Origin: the human T2T-CHM13v2.0 reference genome, Homo sapiens
DNA: 64,000 nucleotides
Reading direction: 5' to 3' (one strand)
Assembly: GCF_009914755.1 (NCBI RefSeq)
Contig: NC_060940.1
The notes beneath the pieces were generated by a model. The model searched no databases and was not told the DNA's origin. It worked only from the letters and a program-made list of their open reading frames with translations. The translations under genes were made by a program, and so were the position numbers. This document shows, piece by piece, positions 34,064-64,000 of this stretch. Positions within the stretch are counted from its first letter, which is position 1; each line of letters begins with the position of its first letter.

Positions 34064-34069
34064 AATAAA
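34064..34069 (+). terminator. PDIA2: PDIA2 poly(A) signal AATAAA
   Basis: AATAAA ~80 nt after the stop with downstream GT-rich element. Confidence 0.88.
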
Positions 34070-34329
34070 GAGTGAGCTTGGTTCTGGACTCTGTGTGCCT
34101 GGTCCCTCAGCAAGGCTGGCCTGATGCAGCTCTGCCCAGCTGGGGGCTCCAGGGCAGGAAGGTGGAGCACGTTCCTGCTCTAGCCCTGCCAGCCTCTGAG
34201 TCACAGGTGATCCCCATGCCTGCTGGAGGCCAGTGTGCCCTCCTTTACCACGGGGGCTGAGGCTGGGAGACCTAGGCCAGGCCCCACCCGCAGCAGACAC
34301 ACCACAGCCAGGGCAGGTTCAAAAACAGT

Positions 34330-34335
34330 TTTATT
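34330..34335 (-). terminator. AXIN1: AXIN1 poly(A) signal AATAAA
   Basis: TTTATT on + strand ~660 nt past the AXIN1 stop, in an AT-rich patch with TGTA elements. Confidence 0.85.
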
Positions 34336-34994
34336 TCATTATTATCCAAGTACCTTTGAAAAGATAATTAATTGTACAAGTGTCATCGCATGAAAAACAG
34401 ACTCGGGCAGCCCCTGCTGGCCTAGCCTGAGAAATGTACATATTTACACGGGCCCTCAGAAAGGAGGACCCAGGACTGCACAGCCGGCGGCTGGAGGCAG
34501 GTGCAGTGCTCCGTCGCCGATTCACACAGTGGCAGGCAAGAGACAAGCTGTGTTGAAGGCACTCGGTGGCGCGTACAATTGACAGAGGCCCTGCAGGCCT
34601 CTGCATCCGGGCCTGGGCCCCAGCCAGACCTGGGTACGTGGGCAAATCCCAGAGGGAAAGTAGATCCCAGCACACGTGCCCAAGGGAGGTGCCGGGGGAT
34701 GGGGGGGGGTCACCTGAAGCTGGCAGCAGGGACCTCGGCTGCCTCACTTGGGCTGGGCCCTCCAAGTATTGCTATGAGGAGTGGTCCAGGCTGCCTCCTT
34801 GGGGGCAGGACAGAAGCTTGTGGACCACTTGGAGGGACCCCCTACCTGCCTCTAGACACGGGTAGACCACAGGGATGGGTGGTACACCCAACACTGTTCC
34901 CCATCGGGCTCCTGAGTACGAGGTCATCTGCCTGGCCGTGACACCCGTGCCCGCCAAGGGCCTCGCCTGGCACAGCGGCCAGCCCACCAGCCTA

Positions 34995-61561
<26,567 letters not shown>

Positions 61562-62423
61562 CTGCAAACAGGCAAGCAGGGCATGTTAGTGACAGCCTGC
61601 CAACAGCCTCTCATTTTATTTCACATTTTCATGTTATCTGAATATCTCAATGTATTAATTAAAAACACAAGCAATTTGGAGAAAATAAGGAGCATGGAGA
61701 AAAGACCAACATCTCCACCTGTCCTCTTGTCCCTCTGTCCTTTTCAACGGGGTGCATTAAAGCACCGGGCATCTTTCCAGATCTCTCCTCTGATTTTAGG
61801 CGGGGGCTTTGGTGCACACACAGAGCATCCACACGTGATCATTTGGGTTTGTTTTCCGTGCACGGTACTAGAAATGGGACGCAGATGTTCTGCTCATTCT
61901 GCAGTGCGCGTCGGGAGAGGACACTGGGTTTTGATCAGGATGAGGCCCTTGGGATTCAGCTCAGACGTCTCTGCACCTGTGCCCAAGTCCAAGCATGGCC
62001 ACGGGACTGATGTCAGGGCCGGTATGTGACAGTGTGTGTGGGTGGTGCCACCTCCTGTCCCCCTACCTAGAGCAGAGGTTCCTCCCCAGCTCCTGGGACG
62101 ATTCACCTCCTCTTGTTACTGCAAAATTAGCCAGGAAATGACACCTTTTTTCAATCTGCACTTCCCTGATTAATGGTCAGATTGGCAGTTTAGCGTATTT
62201 GTCATTTAAACTTCTTCCTCTTTATCTGTTCATATGGTTTACCATTTTCTATGGGGTGGATTATGAGTTTCTTGGTGATTTACAGAAGTCTTCAAATAGA
62301 CTTGTTATTAATCTCTGGTTATATACGCAAAAAACATTTTCTCCCTAAATGTCATTTTTCTTTTTAACATTGCTCAGGTTGATTTTGGTCAAACAAAATT
62401 TTTCATTTCTATGAAATCAGACA

Positions 62424-62974
<551 letters not shown>

Positions 62975-63397
62975 TTATTTATTTATTTATTTTCTATTTT
63001 GGAAACACAGTCCTTCCTTATTCCAGAATTACACATATATTCTATTTTTCTTTATATGCTCCAGTTTTTTTTAGACCTTCACCTGAAATGTGTGTATACA
63101 AAATCTAGGCCAGTCCAGCAGAGCCTAAAGGTAAAAAATAAAATAATAAAAAATAAATAAAATCTAGCTCACTCCTTCACATCAAAATGGAGATACAGCT
63201 GTTAGCATTAAATACCAAATAACCCATCTTGTCCTCAATAATTTTAAGCGCCTCTCTCCACCACATCTAACTCCTGTCAAAGGCATGTGCCCCTTCCGGG
63301 CGCTCTGCTGTGCTGCCAACCAACTGGCATGTGGACTCTGCAGGGTCCCTAACTGCCAAGCCCCACAGTGTGCCCTGAGGCTGCCCCTTCCTTCTAG

Positions 63398-63797
63398 CGG
63401 CTGCCCCCACTCGGCTTTGCTTTCCCTAGTTTCAGTTACTTGCGTTCAGCCAAGGTCTGAAACTAGGTGCGCACAGAGCGGTAAGACTGCGAGAGAAAGA
63501 GACCAGCTTTACAGGGGGTTTATCACAGTGCACCCTGACAGTCGTCAGCCTCACAGGGGGTTTATCACATTGCACCCTGACAGTCGTCAGCCTCACAGGG
63601 GGTTTATCACAGTGCACCCTTACAATCATTCCATTTGATTCACAATTTTTTTAGTCTCTACTGTGCCTAACTTGTAAGTTAAATTTGATCAGAGGTGTGT
63701 TCCCAGAGGGGAAAACAGTATATACAGGGTTCAGTACTATCGCATTTCAGGCCTCCACCTGGGTCTTGGAATGTGTCCCCCGAGGGGTGATGACTAC
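63398..63797 (+). mobile_element. MER44A-like (Tigger) DNA transposon remnant with an internal 42-bp tandem repeat (63511-63620)
   Basis: tttgctttccctagtttcagttac... and ...gggttcagtactatcgcatttcaggcctccac...ggtcttggaatgtgtcccc resemble MER44 (from recall); acagggggtttatcac unit starts at 63511, 63553, 63595. Confidence 0.75.
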
Positions 63798-64000
63798 CTC
63801 AGTTGGATCTCCACAGGTCACAGTGACACAAGATAACCAAGACACCTCCCAAGGCTACCACAATGGGCCGCCCTCCACGTGCACATGGCCGGAGGAACTG
63901 CCATGTCGGAGGTGCAAGCACACCTGCGCATCAGAGTCCTTGGTGTGGAGGGAGGGACCAGCGCAGCTTCCAGCCATCCACCTGATGAACAGAACCTAGG

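Overview
Human (hominid) GC-rich, Alu-dense genomic DNA, recognisable from its proteins as the 16p13.3 subtelomeric cluster FAM234A(ITFG3, +) > < RGS11(-) | ARHGDIG(+) > PDIA2(+) > < AXIN1(-). I rebuilt every coding exon from GT-AG boundaries. The summed lengths give complete ORFs of 552 aa (FAM234A), 467 aa (RGS11), 225 aa (ARHGDIG) and 525 aa (PDIA2), plus the last nine coding exons of AXIN1, whose 5' end lies beyond the window. Repeats include dozens of Alus, a 5'-truncated SVA with a 16-bp TSD, a solo ERV LTR with a 4-bp TSD, old L1/MIR/MER fragments and several minisatellites. There is no prokaryote-type system or CRISPR array. The most interesting unexplained structure concerns splicing and translation. 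(1) A + strand exon-like segment inside the RGS11 3'UTR is frame-compatible with FAM234A upstream and ARHGDIG downstream. (2) A 44-bp tandem repeat quadruplicates an AXIN1 5' splice site, and every decoy donor introduces a stop. (3) A 45-bp repeat triplicates a FAM234A 3' splice site in frame. (4) A 3-codon uORF has its stop overlapping the FAM234A ATG. (5) The ARHGDIG/PDIA2 junction is very compact, with an ERSE-like/G-box element and in-frame read-through potential. These functional readings are inferences needing RNA data, and some may already be annotated as minor isoforms.
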